Source: an uncultured Nitrososphaerales archaeon (GTDB lineage Archaea; Thermoproteota; Nitrososphaeria; Nitrososphaerales; Nitrososphaeraceae). From it: a stretch of 64,000 bases of DNA. The position numbers were made by a program, and so were the translations under genes. The stretch's first letter is position 1. Each line of letters starts with the position of its first letter. Shown one piece after another: positions 31,316 through 40,383 of this stretch. The notes beneath the pieces are model-generated. The model worked only from the letters and a program-made list of their open reading frames with translations. It had not been told where the DNA came from and did not search any database. Where the stretch lies: contig CAVOHZ010000003.1 of assembly GCA_963695855.1 (NCBI GenBank), positions 192,001-256,000 on the forward strand, in the 5' to 3' direction.

Positions 31316-31516
31316 GATTAGAAGCTTGGATATACAGAATTTAAAGCTTTCTTCAGTAAAATTCTTCATATGAAAAAATAGCCAATAAGAATACTGACTG
31401 TGATGGTTAATAGAAATTGATTCATCTAGTCTGAAAAACTTCAAGTCGTAGGCATTAATTATATAAACCAAAAAAATTTATAATTTGTGATTTTATCGCT
31501 ATATTGAAAAAGAAAA

Positions 31517-31693
31517 TTAGATATGTTTTTCTACTGCTTCAATATGACATTCATGTCCCCTATGTTCTTTATTTAAAAGAGACATTTCTTCTTCTGTAAT
31601 AGGAAATCTTTCGGCATCGAGGTGAGACTCACCCTCCTTTTCTAATATTATTTTGTCACATTGATCACAGATTAATTGTAAAAATATCTTCAT
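31517..31693 (-). CDS. 58-aa putative Zn-binding microprotein (not in ORF track)
   Basis: MKIFLQLICDQCDKIILEKEGESHLDAERFPITEEEMSLLNKEHRGHECHIEAVEKHI; CxxC + HxxH. Confidence 0.75.
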   Translation of the reverse strand: MKIFLQLICDQCDKIILEKEGESHLDAERFPITEEEMSLLNKEHRGHECHIEAVEKHI

Positions 31694-31772
31694 ATTAAAA
31701 ATATTAAAAATATATAATATAATAGTTATTAAAAAAAATAACTTTTATTACTTTAAACAATTTATTTTGTTG

Positions 31773-31919
31773 ATGGACAGTAAAACTTGTGGCTATTGTG
31801 GAAAATTATTTTTTGATCTGGGGTGGCCCCATATTGAAGGAGACTCAAATAGAGGAGTCCTTAAAATCGAACATTTTTGTTCGGAAGAACATAAAGATCT
31901 TTTTTTAGGCTCTAAATAA
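31773..31919 (+). CDS. 48-aa TRASH/YHS-like microprotein (not in ORF track)
   Basis: MDSKTCGYCGKLFFDLGWPHIEGDSNRGVLKIEHFCSEEHKDLFLGSK; CxxC...FCS. Confidence 0.7.
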   Translation: MDSKTCGYCGKLFFDLGWPHIEGDSNRGVLKIEHFCSEEHKDLFLGSK

Positions 31920-31978
31920 TAGCACTAGAATTTAGAAAAAAAACATAATAGACGAATTAAAGTGTGACATGAATATAA

Positions 31979-32266
31979 TTAGACTACCCTTCTTACAAGG
32001 GATCGGATTTTTCCCATTATATTATCTTTGATTTTACTTTCTCCTGTGCGTTCAAAGCATTCTTTACATAATGCTTTAAGATTTGCAGGACGATTATCTT
32101 TTAAAGAACCGTTAATGTGATAAAAAAATGGTGTATCTTGATTATTAAATTTTTTCGAACAAGCTTGACAGCGATGTTTGGCTCTTTCCAAAACTGTTTG
32201 TTTTATTCCCAAGTTTATCTTTTCTATTTTTTTCTTATTACTACTACCCGAATCTGCATTGAACAT
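31979..32266 (-). CDS. Small HNH-fold protein
   Basis: CQAC, HING...N...NL..LCKEC; the usual HH is YH and the terminal His is F, so it may be inactive. Confidence 0.75.
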   Translation of the reverse strand: MFNADSGSSNKKKIEKINLGIKQTVLERAKHRCQACSKKFNNQDTPFFYHINGSLKDNRPANLKALCKECFERTGESKIKDNIMGKIRSLVRRVV

Positions 32267-32351
32267 GTGAATATAATAATAGAGTATTTATTGTTAGAAT
32301 TTATTCTTTCTCCCTTTAGTGAAGCTTATTTTTTCAGACAAAATTGCAAAA

Positions 32352-32729
32352 TCAAGAGATTATTATTTTTCCGTTCATTGTAGATGGATGTAAAGAGCAA
32401 TAATATTCAAAAGTTCCATTAATCTTGGAAGTAATTGCAGTTACGAAATCTTGACCCGATGATAGAAATGATGTATTGATCCCCAATTCATCAACAATAA
32501 AGTCATGTTTTACAAAATCTTTGTTAACAATAGTCAGTTTTTGAGCATGTCCTAAATGAACGTTTATGGTTGGGTTGGTATTGTTAAATAAATTATTTTC
32601 AGCTATAAGCAAGATTCCATAAGTTGATCGGATGGAGCTAGTATCTGGATATAATAGATTTCCAATTCCCCATAGACTACCTACAACTATAAAACATATG
32701 ACAATTATAGCTATTAAATTATTCAACAA
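32352..32729 (-). CDS. Membrane-anchored cupredoxin-domain protein
   Basis: N-terminal TM, HDF, YYCSLHPSTMNG type-1 copper ligand motif. Confidence 0.88.
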   Translation of the reverse strand: MLNNLIAIIVICFIVVGSLWGIGNLLYPDTSSIRSTYGILLIAENNLFNNTNPTINVHLGHAQKLTIVNKDFVKHDFIVDELGINTSFLSSGQDFVTAITSKINGTFEYYCSLHPSTMNGKIIIS

Positions 32730-32817
32730 TGTGGTTTGGCTTTTTATTTATACTACGTTAATATAAATCAGATAACTTGATATTAAAAAAGAGGCAATCG
32801 CAATAATAATACCCATT

Positions 32818-33654
32818 TTATGTTCCATATTTTACACCACTTGAAACAATCGATCTTATGCATTCAAGAGCTGACAATATCGCTAGATAACTAGTTCGTG
32901 GATTTTTAGAACTAGGAATATTCTTTACCATGATTATCAATTCTCCGAATTTGCCTGTTACTTTTATTTCGTGTTTATTAATTCGAATAGAGGGATCTAC
33001 TACGATGTTAACTTTGGTTTTTTCAACACCTAAACCTACTAGCCCCAAAAGTGCTGCTACGTTGACATTAGCGGGAAAATACTTAACAGCTTCAACTGCA
33101 GAACCTTCAAAAATAATAGTCCTTTTTTTTAATGAATCCAAATCTATTTGCGATGTTTGAAAAAATGGAGCCCCCCGAAGTGATTCTGGGTTTTTGGTTG
33201 TCGTCAGGGTTACTGAACTAATAAAATTCCTTGTGCTTTTTATAGCATCAATTCCTGCTATAGCTCCGGATGGGACATAAATATTGTTTTCGTATTTGGC
33301 AACATATTTGAGTATATCAGCATAAAAATTAGAATCAGCAAAAGATCCCACACTCATAACCAAAATATCTTTTCGTTCAGATAAAATTTTTCTAATGTAT
33401 GCTTTAACAGCTTCTTGCGATGCCGATTCTATCACTAGATCCACTTCTTTAAAAGATTTGGAATTGACATAATCTGAAAAATTACCATAGAGTTCTGGAG
33501 AATTATTTTTTAGGATAGAGCGTAAATTTTCGACATATTCTAAATTTAAATCAAATAGAGAAGATATTTTTACCTTGTCAACTAACTCTGAATCAATTGA
33601 AAGGGCCAATTCACTCCCAATTGCACCGCAACCAATTATCGAAATTTTTTTCAT
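32818..33654 (-). CDS. nadX: L-aspartate dehydrogenase
   Basis: GCGAIG, ESAS, SVG, PSGAIAGID, FPANVNVA, NPRTS. Confidence 0.94.
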   Translation of the reverse strand: MKKISIIGCGAIGSELALSIDSELVDKVKISSLFDLNLEYVENLRSILKNNSPELYGNFSDYVNSKSFKEVDLVIESASQEAVKAYIRKILSERKDILVMSVGSFADSNFYADILKYVAKYENNIYVPSGAIAGIDAIKSTRNFISSVTLTTTKNPESLRGAPFFQTSQIDLDSLKKRTIIFEGSAVEAVKYFPANVNVAALLGLVGLGVEKTKVNIVVDPSIRINKHEIKVTGKFGELIIMVKNIPSSKNPRTSYLAILSALECIRSIVSSGVKYGT

Positions 33655-33867
33655 TAGTATATTTCTAATGTATTTGTAAAGTAAATTAATAGATATCTGA
33701 AAATTCTAATATTTTAATGTCCTAGATCATGATTTTCGAATTACGCAATTGATTTAATGTATTCGTGTCTCATAGGCTGTATATTTATAATAAAATGCGT
33801 TTTTTTGGTTATTATCAATAAATAATTGTGTTCCCAATGAGCGACATAATATTGTATTTTATGGATA

Positions 33868-34818
33868 TCATCCGATTGACAACATTCTCTCAATTGCGAG
33901 TCTGGCGTTGTCTGCAATTTTTCTTGGAACCTGAACTTTATATACATTATTTAATAGTGAATTATATACTTTCTCCATCGTGATCATTTTCATGTATTTA
34001 CACACAGCATCATTTTTTAATGGTATGAAATTTTTGTCTTGATTTTCTTTTTGCATTCTGTAAAGTATTCCGGTTTCTGTGGCGACGACAAATTCATTAT
34101 TTGTAGAACTCCTAGCATGTTTCATCATTCCTTCTGTAGATAAAATGTAACCAGTTTTCTGAAGATCTCCCATTGCCATATGATACATCGTAGATGATGT
34201 GCAACTACATTCAGGATGTACCAAAAAGTCTGCTTGTCTATACTTTTTTAATACCGAATTGATATCATCAGATTTTATCCCCGCGTGAACGTGACACTCT
34301 CCTGCCCAGATAAACATATTTTTTCTTTGAGTTATTTTTTCTACATATGCTCCCAAGAACATGTCAGGAAGAAACAGAATCTCTTTATCCTCAGGAATAC
34401 TATTCACAACTTTAACTGCATTTGATGATGTGCAACAGTAATCTGAAAGAGCCTTAACCTCTGCAGACGTATTGACGTAACTTACCACTATAGCGTTGGG
34501 ATGTTCTTTTTTCCAATTTTCCAACTCCTTTGAATTAATTGATGATGCTAAAGAACATCCTGCGGAAAGATCTGGAATAAGAACGGTCTTATCTGGACAA
34601 ATAATTGATGCAGTTTCTGCCATAAAATGAACACCGCAAAAAATAATTGTTGTCGCCTTTGTTTTTTCTGCTTGCCTTGAAAGTGCTAATGAATCTCCTA
34701 TAAAATCAGATATATCCTGCACTTCTGGAAGTTGGTAGTTGTGTGCAAGTATTACTGCATTCCTTTCTTTCTTCAATGAAAGTATTTCTTCAATATACTG
34801 TTTTTTTGATAAATTCAT
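33868..34818 (-). CDS. nadA: Quinolinate synthase
   Basis: LAHNYQ, FCGVHFMAE, AGCSLA, YVNTSAEVKA, HPEC, C.YM. Confidence 0.96.
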   Translation of the reverse strand: MNLSKKQYIEEILSLKKERNAVILAHNYQLPEVQDISDFIGDSLALSRQAEKTKATTIIFCGVHFMAETASIICPDKTVLIPDLSAGCSLASSINSKELENWKKEHPNAIVVSYVNTSAEVKALSDYCCTSSNAVKVVNSIPEDKEILFLPDMFLGAYVEKITQRKNMFIWAGECHVHAGIKSDDINSVLKKYRQADFLVHPECSCTSSTMYHMAMGDLQKTGYILSTEGMMKHARSSTNNEFVVATETGILYRMQKENQDKNFIPLKNDAVCKYMKMITMEKVYNSLLNNVYKVQVPRKIADNARLAIERMLSIG

Positions 34819-34967
34819 TTACTTTAGTATGAGAAGGTATATGAAAATGATCATTTAAAGTAGTACTATCTAGGATAACCTTGCCTCAAGAAGGCTAACA
34901 ACATACAAAGATTGCCACTTTACTTGTAATACATTTATTAAGAGATGCTGAATATTTAAAGAGAGAA

Positions 34968-35147
34968 ATGCCAACTCACGGATCGCTTACGAAAGCAGGA
35001 AAAGTCAAGGGTCAAACGCCAAAGGTTCAAGCAAAGGAGAGATCTAGTCCTATTTCAAAGGTAAGGAACAAGGAGAATTTCATAAAAAGGTTTGAAAAAA
35101 GAATTCCACCTGGACAGAAGAAACCAGAGCGAATGAGAAGAAGATAA
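34968..35147 (+). CDS. rps30e: 30S ribosomal protein S30e (not in ORF track)
   Basis: [20 protein letters not shown]...MRRR, 59 aa. Confidence 0.95.
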   Translation: MPTHGSLTKAGKVKGQTPKVQAKERSSPISKVRNKENFIKRFEKRIPPGQKKPERMRRR

Positions 35148-35177
35148 AGCTACCTGTATGATTTTATGAAGTTTATT

Positions 35178-36047
35178 TTAATTTACAATTTTTAAGCTAA
35201 AATCCAACGCAGGAGAAGAATGCGTCAATTGGCCTATCGAGATGATGTCAGGTCGAGAAATAGCATACTTTGAAATATTTTCTAATGTTATCCCCCCCGA
35301 CACTTCTATCTTGACCTTGTCTCTGAGACCCAATTTAGCAATTTTTAAGATTGTTTTCTTAACATTCATAGGAGAAAAGTTGTCTAACATTATTATATTA
35401 GCACCTGAATCTATTGCTTCTAGAGCTTCAGACAGGTTCCTTACCTCGCACTCTATTTGAATTGATGACCCTACTCTTTTTTTAATAAACGGTATCAGTT
35501 TTGATATAGACTCTTCAATTTGAATATGGTTATCTTTTATCAGTACCATATCATCAAGTCTTAAACGATGAGTTCTTCCTCCTCCTACTAGAACAGCCTT
35601 TTTATCAAAGATTCTTAAACCAGGCGCAGTCTTTCTAGTAGCAGCTATTAATATTGAAGGGTCTATTTTACTTGTTATATCTATAAATTTTCTAGTATTA
35701 GTTGCGATTCCGCTCATTCGCATAAGAAGATTCAATGCAGTTCTTTCAACCTTTAGAATATTTTTTGCCTTGCCGTTGATCTCCATGACTTGTGTTTTTG
35801 AAGAGAGTTTCATTCCGTCTTTTGCCATAGATTTTGTATCACAACTGAACATCTGAAATAGAATTTCGCATTCTTCTATCCCACAAAGGATTCCAGGTTT
35901 TTTAGACTTATAGGTTATTACTGCAGAAACTACTTTATCTTTAAATCTTAGATTTTCACTGGTAATGTCTCCTGTGCCAAGATCCTCCTGTATAAAATTT
36001 TCCAGGGTTTTCCTTAAGTCTAAATAATCATATAATTTTCTGGTCAA
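35178..36047 (-). CDS. nadC: Nicotinate-nucleotide diphosphorylase (carboxylating)
   Basis: EDLGTGDIT, ERTALN, TRKT.PG, HR..L.D.VLIKDNH, MLDN, SGGI. Confidence 0.96.
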   Translation of the reverse strand: MTRKLYDYLDLRKTLENFIQEDLGTGDITSENLRFKDKVVSAVITYKSKKPGILCGIEECEILFQMFSCDTKSMAKDGMKLSSKTQVMEINGKAKNILKVERTALNLLMRMSGIATNTRKFIDITSKIDPSILIAATRKTAPGLRIFDKKAVLVGGGRTHRLRLDDMVLIKDNHIQIEESISKLIPFIKKRVGSSIQIECEVRNLSEALEAIDSGANIIMLDNFSPMNVKKTILKIAKLGLRDKVKIEVSGGITLENISKYAISRPDIISIGQLTHSSPALDFSLKIVN

Positions 36048-36232
36048 GAGACTTTTAACGCATATTTGTGTGCCGTTTTTAATTCTAATGTATGAGCTAT
36101 TTGAGATTTTTCAGGATCAAATATTATAATAATACCAGACCAGTCGCTTGAAAGTTCCGTTGAATTGCATACAGCACATACCTTACCTATAGTGATGGCC
36201 TTACATTTCTTACATGCTAGCTCTTTTGGCAT
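36044..36232 (-). CDS. spt4: Transcription elongation factor Spt4 (RpoE'')
   Basis: ACKKC..CAVC, SSDWSG, YALKV. Confidence 0.93.
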   Translation of the reverse strand: MPKELACKKCKAITIGKVCAVCNSTELSSDWSGIIIIFDPEKSQIAHTLELKTAHKYALKVS

Positions 36233-36236
36233 TTAT

Positions 36237-36833
36237 TTACTTTAAACCTCCCTTTTTCTCCTTAGTGGCTTGTTGTGGTGACTGTTTTGTTTTTTCCACC
36301 TCTTCATTAATCCATTCAAAAGAGCCTAAGAAAGGTTGTCTACATGTGATCCCTATTTTTCCCATTGAAGATCCTTTTCCCAAACTTACAGCTGTTATTC
36401 TGGCTCTCATTTTTGAGCCTATTCTTAATGATTTTGAAGACTGGTTTGCAATAATAATACCCTGTTTTATATCACTTTTGAGATAATCATCGGTAATTTG
36501 AGATAGATGAAGTAATGCATCTGTAGGTCCTATCCTTACAAATGCACCGAAGTCTGTGATTTCAATTATCTCTCCCTCCACTATTTCTTGAATCTTCGGG
36601 AAGAAAGTCAAAGCCTTGAAGGTTACTTTATGATAGGTGGCTCCATCGCCTGTCACTAGTTTACCCACTGAATCAACTTTAGCGTCTATTATCATTATTA
36701 CATAGCCTAATTCTTGACTAACCATGCTTTCGTATTTTTCTTTTAAAATACCTATTGCAGTATTTTTGAGCGAGTCAGTTAATCTATTAGGAGGAATTCT
36801 AACAATGTCAGTCATTGAAATAATATAAAACAT
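36237..36833 (-). CDS. rpo7: RNA polymerase subunit Rpo7 (RpoE')
   Basis: VRIPP, GDGATYH, FGAFVRIGPTDALLHLSQI, TCRQPFLG. Confidence 0.96.
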   Translation of the reverse strand: MFYIISMTDIVRIPPNRLTDSLKNTAIGILKEKYESMVSQELGYVIMIIDAKVDSVGKLVTGDGATYHKVTFKALTFFPKIQEIVEGEIIEITDFGAFVRIGPTDALLHLSQITDDYLKSDIKQGIIIANQSSKSLRIGSKMRARITAVSLGKGSSMGKIGITCRQPFLGSFEWINEEVEKTKQSPQQATKEKKGGLK

Positions 36834-36997
36834 TCTAGACGAATTACGATATAATATATCAATTTATGAACTTTTTGTTTAAATAGATCGATATGAGAGC
36901 ACATAACCAAGGAACAGTAATTATAATCATTGTCGTTGTTCCAATTTCGTCTTGTATAAATGAATATTTAAATATTGTCGAATATTTTGTTTTCAGC

Positions 36998-38092
36998 ATG
37001 GTTACAGTTGATCAAGTTCTTACCTCATTGAAAAAGGTTGTTGACCCCGAATTACATAAAGATATAGTTTCAATGGGAATGATCAAAGATCTGGATATTA
37101 ATAATAATAAAGTATCTTTTACTCTGGAACTTACTACTCCTGCATGCCCATTTAATAGTGAAATAGAACAAGATGTGAGAAACACTATTGCCAACTTGGG
37201 GGTCGCAGAACTAAATCTTAGAGTTACTGCCAAAGTTATGGAAGGTAGGGCAATATCATTGGACGAATTGTTGCCTGGAGTTAAGAATATTATAGCAGTT
37301 GCTAGTGGAAAAGGAGGAGTTGGGAAAACAACGGTTTCGGTAAATTTGGCATTATCTCTTGCTAAAACAGGAGCAAAGGTTGGACTTTTAGATGCTGATA
37401 TCTACGGGCCGAGCGTCCCATTGATGTTTGGATTAAAGGATACTCCAATGGTTGAAAAAAATAAGATTCAGCCACCAGTTGCAGACGGCGTGAAGATAAT
37501 TTCCATGGGTTTTTTCTACGAACAATCTCAACAGGCTGGAATTTACCGAGGACCGATAATTTCGGGAATAATTAAACAATTCCTAACTGATGTTAATTGG
37601 GGAGATCTAGATTATCTCATCATCGACCTTCCTCCAGGTACTGGAGATGCTCCATTAACTATAGCACAAACCATTCCAATAACTGGAATATTGGTGGTTA
37701 CAACTCCACAAGATATAGCAATGAATGTTGCAGTGAAAGCAATTGGGATGTTCAACAAATTAAATGTTCCAATAATTGGAGTGGTAGAAAACATGAGTTA
37801 TCTGCAATGCCCTCATTGTAAATCTGACGTTCATATTTTCGGTACTGGAGGAGGCCTAAAAATAAGTGAACAATTCAATATACCGTACCTAGGGGAAATT
37901 CCATTGCATCCTCAGATTATGCAAGGAAGTGATACAGGAAAATCAACTGTTATCTCAGAACCTGAATCTTCACAAAGTCAAGTGTTCCTAAAGATAGCCA
38001 AATCAGTAGCAGGTAGAATCAGTGTATTAGCTGCAGAAATGAATAGTCGAGAACAATCTGAACAAGAAACTAAGAATGAAGCTAGTAATTGA
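36998..38092 (+). CDS. Mrp/NBP35 Fe-S carrier ATPase with N-terminal DUF59
   Basis: VVDPEL, LTTPACP, SGKGGVGKT, DADIYGPS, DLPPGTGD, ENMS..CPHC; ATG at 36998 chosen as start. Confidence 0.95.
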   Translation: MVTVDQVLTSLKKVVDPELHKDIVSMGMIKDLDINNNKVSFTLELTTPACPFNSEIEQDVRNTIANLGVAELNLRVTAKVMEGRAISLDELLPGVKNIIAVASGKGGVGKTTVSVNLALSLAKTGAKVGLLDADIYGPSVPLMFGLKDTPMVEKNKIQPPVADGVKIISMGFFYEQSQQAGIYRGPIISGIIKQFLTDVNWGDLDYLIIDLPPGTGDAPLTIAQTIPITGILVVTTPQDIAMNVAVKAIGMFNKLNVPIIGVVENMSYLQCPHCKSDVHIFGTGGGLKISEQFNIPYLGEIPLHPQIMQGSDTGKSTVISEPESSQSQVFLKIAKSVAGRISVLAAEMNSREQSEQETKNEASN

Positions 38093-38109
38093 TAAAAATA
38101 AGGTAAAAA

Positions 38110-38655
38110 ATGCCAGTAAAAGATGAACATTTAAGTATTTTAAAAAAACCATTTGGAGATCTAATAAGAAAGGAAAACATCACTAAAGAGAGTATAATAA
38201 AGATAATTAACAGCTATAAGGACGACAACCAGACAAGCATAGTTACTGTTGGTGATGCAACCACGGAAAGAATCTTATCATATGGTATTTATCCGAAAAT
38301 AGCAATAATTGATGGCGTAGAAAGAAGAATAAGGAGATCAGAACTAAAGAATTCAGAAATAATAAAAGCTTATTCAAATAATAATAAAATAAAATTTTAT
38401 AATTGTATTAACAGACAGGGAACTATCTCAAAAGAAGCCTATGATATAATAGAAAAAATAATCGAGAGGAATGAAGATGCAATGGTGTATGTAGATGGAG
38501 AAGAGGATTTGCTAGCGCTACCAGTTTTTGCATTGGCTCGAGACCAATCGGTGGTTCTTTATGGACAACCATTAGAAGGAATAGTCGTAGTAAAGATAGA
38601 TAACAAATTAAAGAAAAAAGCGCAAGACTTGTTAGATAGTATTGGATTTAGTTAA
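38110..38655 (+). CDS. DUF359 GTP-dependent dephospho-CoA kinase
   Basis: LKKPFG, TVGDATT, N..GTI, VDGEEDLLALP, YGQP.EG. Confidence 0.9.
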   Translation: MPVKDEHLSILKKPFGDLIRKENITKESIIKIINSYKDDNQTSIVTVGDATTERILSYGIYPKIAIIDGVERRIRRSELKNSEIIKAYSNNNKIKFYNCINRQGTISKEAYDIIEKIIERNEDAMVYVDGEEDLLALPVFALARDQSVVLYGQPLEGIVVVKIDNKLKKKAQDLLDSIGFS

Positions 38656-38660
38656 AGTGC

Positions 38661-38727
38661 AGGGAATGATGATGTGGTGGCTGTATGAATAAAAACTACA
38701 TGATTAAAGATACCATTTTCTGACCCT
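38661..38727 (+). ncRNA. Box C/D sRNA
   Basis: Stem AGGG/CCCT; C ATGATGA 38666-38672, D' ATGA 38685-38688, C' ATGATTA 38700-38706, D CTGA 38720-38723; guides of 12 and 13 nt. Confidence 0.78.
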
Positions 38728-38779
38728 TTAAGGAAATAAATACTAGTCATTTAAAAAAAATAAAACAGCATGGAATTTT

Positions 38780-38920
38780 TTATTTATCACATCCACAACC
38801 ATCTAGCTCATTTTGACTAACCGAAATGTTATACAATTTCATACATTTGGAACAGAGACTATAACCGGAAAGCGCTTTAGAATTACAGAAGGAACAGGTA
38901 TTAACTGTCTCATTACGCAT
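38780..38920 (-). CDS. 46-aa Cys-rich microprotein (not in ORF track)
   Basis: MRNETVNTCSFCNSKALSGYSLCSKCMKLYNISVSQNELDGCGCDK; two CxxC + CGC. Confidence 0.65.
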   Translation of the reverse strand: MRNETVNTCSFCNSKALSGYSLCSKCMKLYNISVSQNELDGCGCDK

Positions 38921-39013
38921 AGGTTATGTTATGTTATCTTTTTAATTAATTTTATCATCCTCAAACAAATCAGCAACTAAAAAATACATGGTATATTAAG
39001 TGAAATTAAGTTG

Positions 39014-39163
39014 CTATTTAGATTGATAATGACATGTACAATGGCATTTAGTCATTTTTATATCAAATGAACAGTCATGATTTGGACCACATGTTTCTTC
39101 GACCGGCATCTCTAATGGACAGTCGGAATGTCTCTCCCTTTTGCAAAAAAAAGATATCGCCAT
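39014..39163 (-). CDS. 49-aa Cys/His-rich microprotein (not in ORF track)
   Basis: MAISFFCKRERHSDCPLEMPVEETCGPNHDCSFDIKMTKCHCTCHYQSK; 7 Cys, 4 His. Confidence 0.7.
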   Translation of the reverse strand: MAISFFCKRERHSDCPLEMPVEETCGPNHDCSFDIKMTKCHCTCHYQSK

Positions 39164-39399
39164 ACCTATTAGATAAAATCAGTAAAACTAATTTTAAGTA
39201 TTCTGCTCTTGGTGGGTCATTCCTGAATTTATTACGCATTTAAATTTTTTCATAAAATAAATATTTCCTTTAATAAGAGATATCCTTGATGATATCAAGA
39301 CTGTCGAAAATCAAGATACAAAAAAATCTTTAATACATATTCAATAATAAAGTCAAATTGTGAGGAAATTTATAAATAATAAATTCCTGAAATAATTAA

Positions 39400-39663
39400 T
39401 CATATATCAATATTGAACAACTGCGGTGCATAAATTGACCCTTCCCTGACTCTTTTTACTTTGGCAACTGACAAATAATGTGGCCAGATGGTAATCATTA
39501 TGGAACCTTGTGGCACGCCTTCAGGAACCTCAATAAGCTCGATATCTTGCAAGGCGACGCCGCAATCATCGACTAACTTGGATTTGGCTACTTCTATCAA
39601 TTCTTTGGGCATTCCACTGCTGTAAAGATACACTTTACCAGAATATTCTATTCTGTGTTCCAT
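39400..39663 (-). CDS. Conserved hypothetical protein
   Basis: 87 aa ORF with protein-like composition. Confidence 0.75.
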   Translation of the reverse strand: MEHRIEYSGKVYLYSSGMPKELIEVAKSKLVDDCGVALQDIELIEVPEGVPQGSIMITIWPHYLSVAKVKRVREGSIYAPQLFNIDI

Positions 39664-39776
39664 CTATTAATAATGAAAAACATGGATTATAAAATGTAAT
39701 TGGACCTCGAATATAGAAGTCTCACTTTAAGAATACATAGTATTTCAAATAATCACTGCCACTGGCAAGTAAGAAA

Positions 39777-39947
39777 TTATAACTCATCAATATGATATTT
39801 AGACATACAGCCTCTACATTCATAGATTTCATCCCCAACTGGGCCGGAAACATTAAATCTTACTATAGTTGTGCATTTTGGACAACGTCCTTCAACGCTT
39901 CTAGTCTTCCGTTGAGGCTTAATGGTGCGCCTTTTTCTACTTCCCAT
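39777..39947 (-). CDS. 56-aa basic Zn-ribbon microprotein (not in ORF track)
   Basis: MGSRKRRTIKPQRKTRSVEGRCPKCTTIVRFNVSGPVGDEIYECRGCMSKYHIDEL; two CxxC. Confidence 0.78.
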   Translation of the reverse strand: MGSRKRRTIKPQRKTRSVEGRCPKCTTIVRFNVSGPVGDEIYECRGCMSKYHIDEL

Positions 39948-40076
39948 CTTATAATCTTACTACAACTTTACTGTTACTCTCTTTTATAAACTTCGTTAAG
40001 ATCAACTGCAAACAGTAAGAAAAATCTCTAAAACAGATATCAGTTAGATTATAAAGCCGAAAATATAAAATTATTT

Positions 40077-40361
40077 GTGGCATTACCGAATAAATGCTCC
40101 TACTCTTCAAAAAAAATTAGATGTGTTATGCCTCCGTCATATATAATATCGATTCAAAGTAACGATGAATTTTTGGTTGGAATGTCATGTGAAGATCACT
40201 ATGAATTCATAAAAAGGAAAATTGAACTATTACAAGAAACAAATTTACTCCCAAAGGGAAAAATAAACATACAAAATAGCAAAATGCTATCAACAAATTG
40301 TATAAAAGGTACCAAAGAGGATTATGAAGAAGTAATATCTCAACGAGAAATAGAATTTTAA
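40077..40361 (+). CDS. Small Cys-containing hypothetical protein
   Basis: CSY...C, CEDH, TNCIKG. Confidence 0.7.
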   Translation: MALPNKCSYSSKKIRCVMPPSYIISIQSNDEFLVGMSCEDHYEFIKRKIELLQETNLLPKGKINIQNSKMLSTNCIKGTKEDYEEVISQREIEF

Positions 40362-40383
40362 AATTCCAAGATACAAATTGTTA

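Noticed and set aside
39792-39989. 65-aa plus-strand ORF
   Set aside because: Antisense to the better-supported Zn-ribbon ORF 39777-39947
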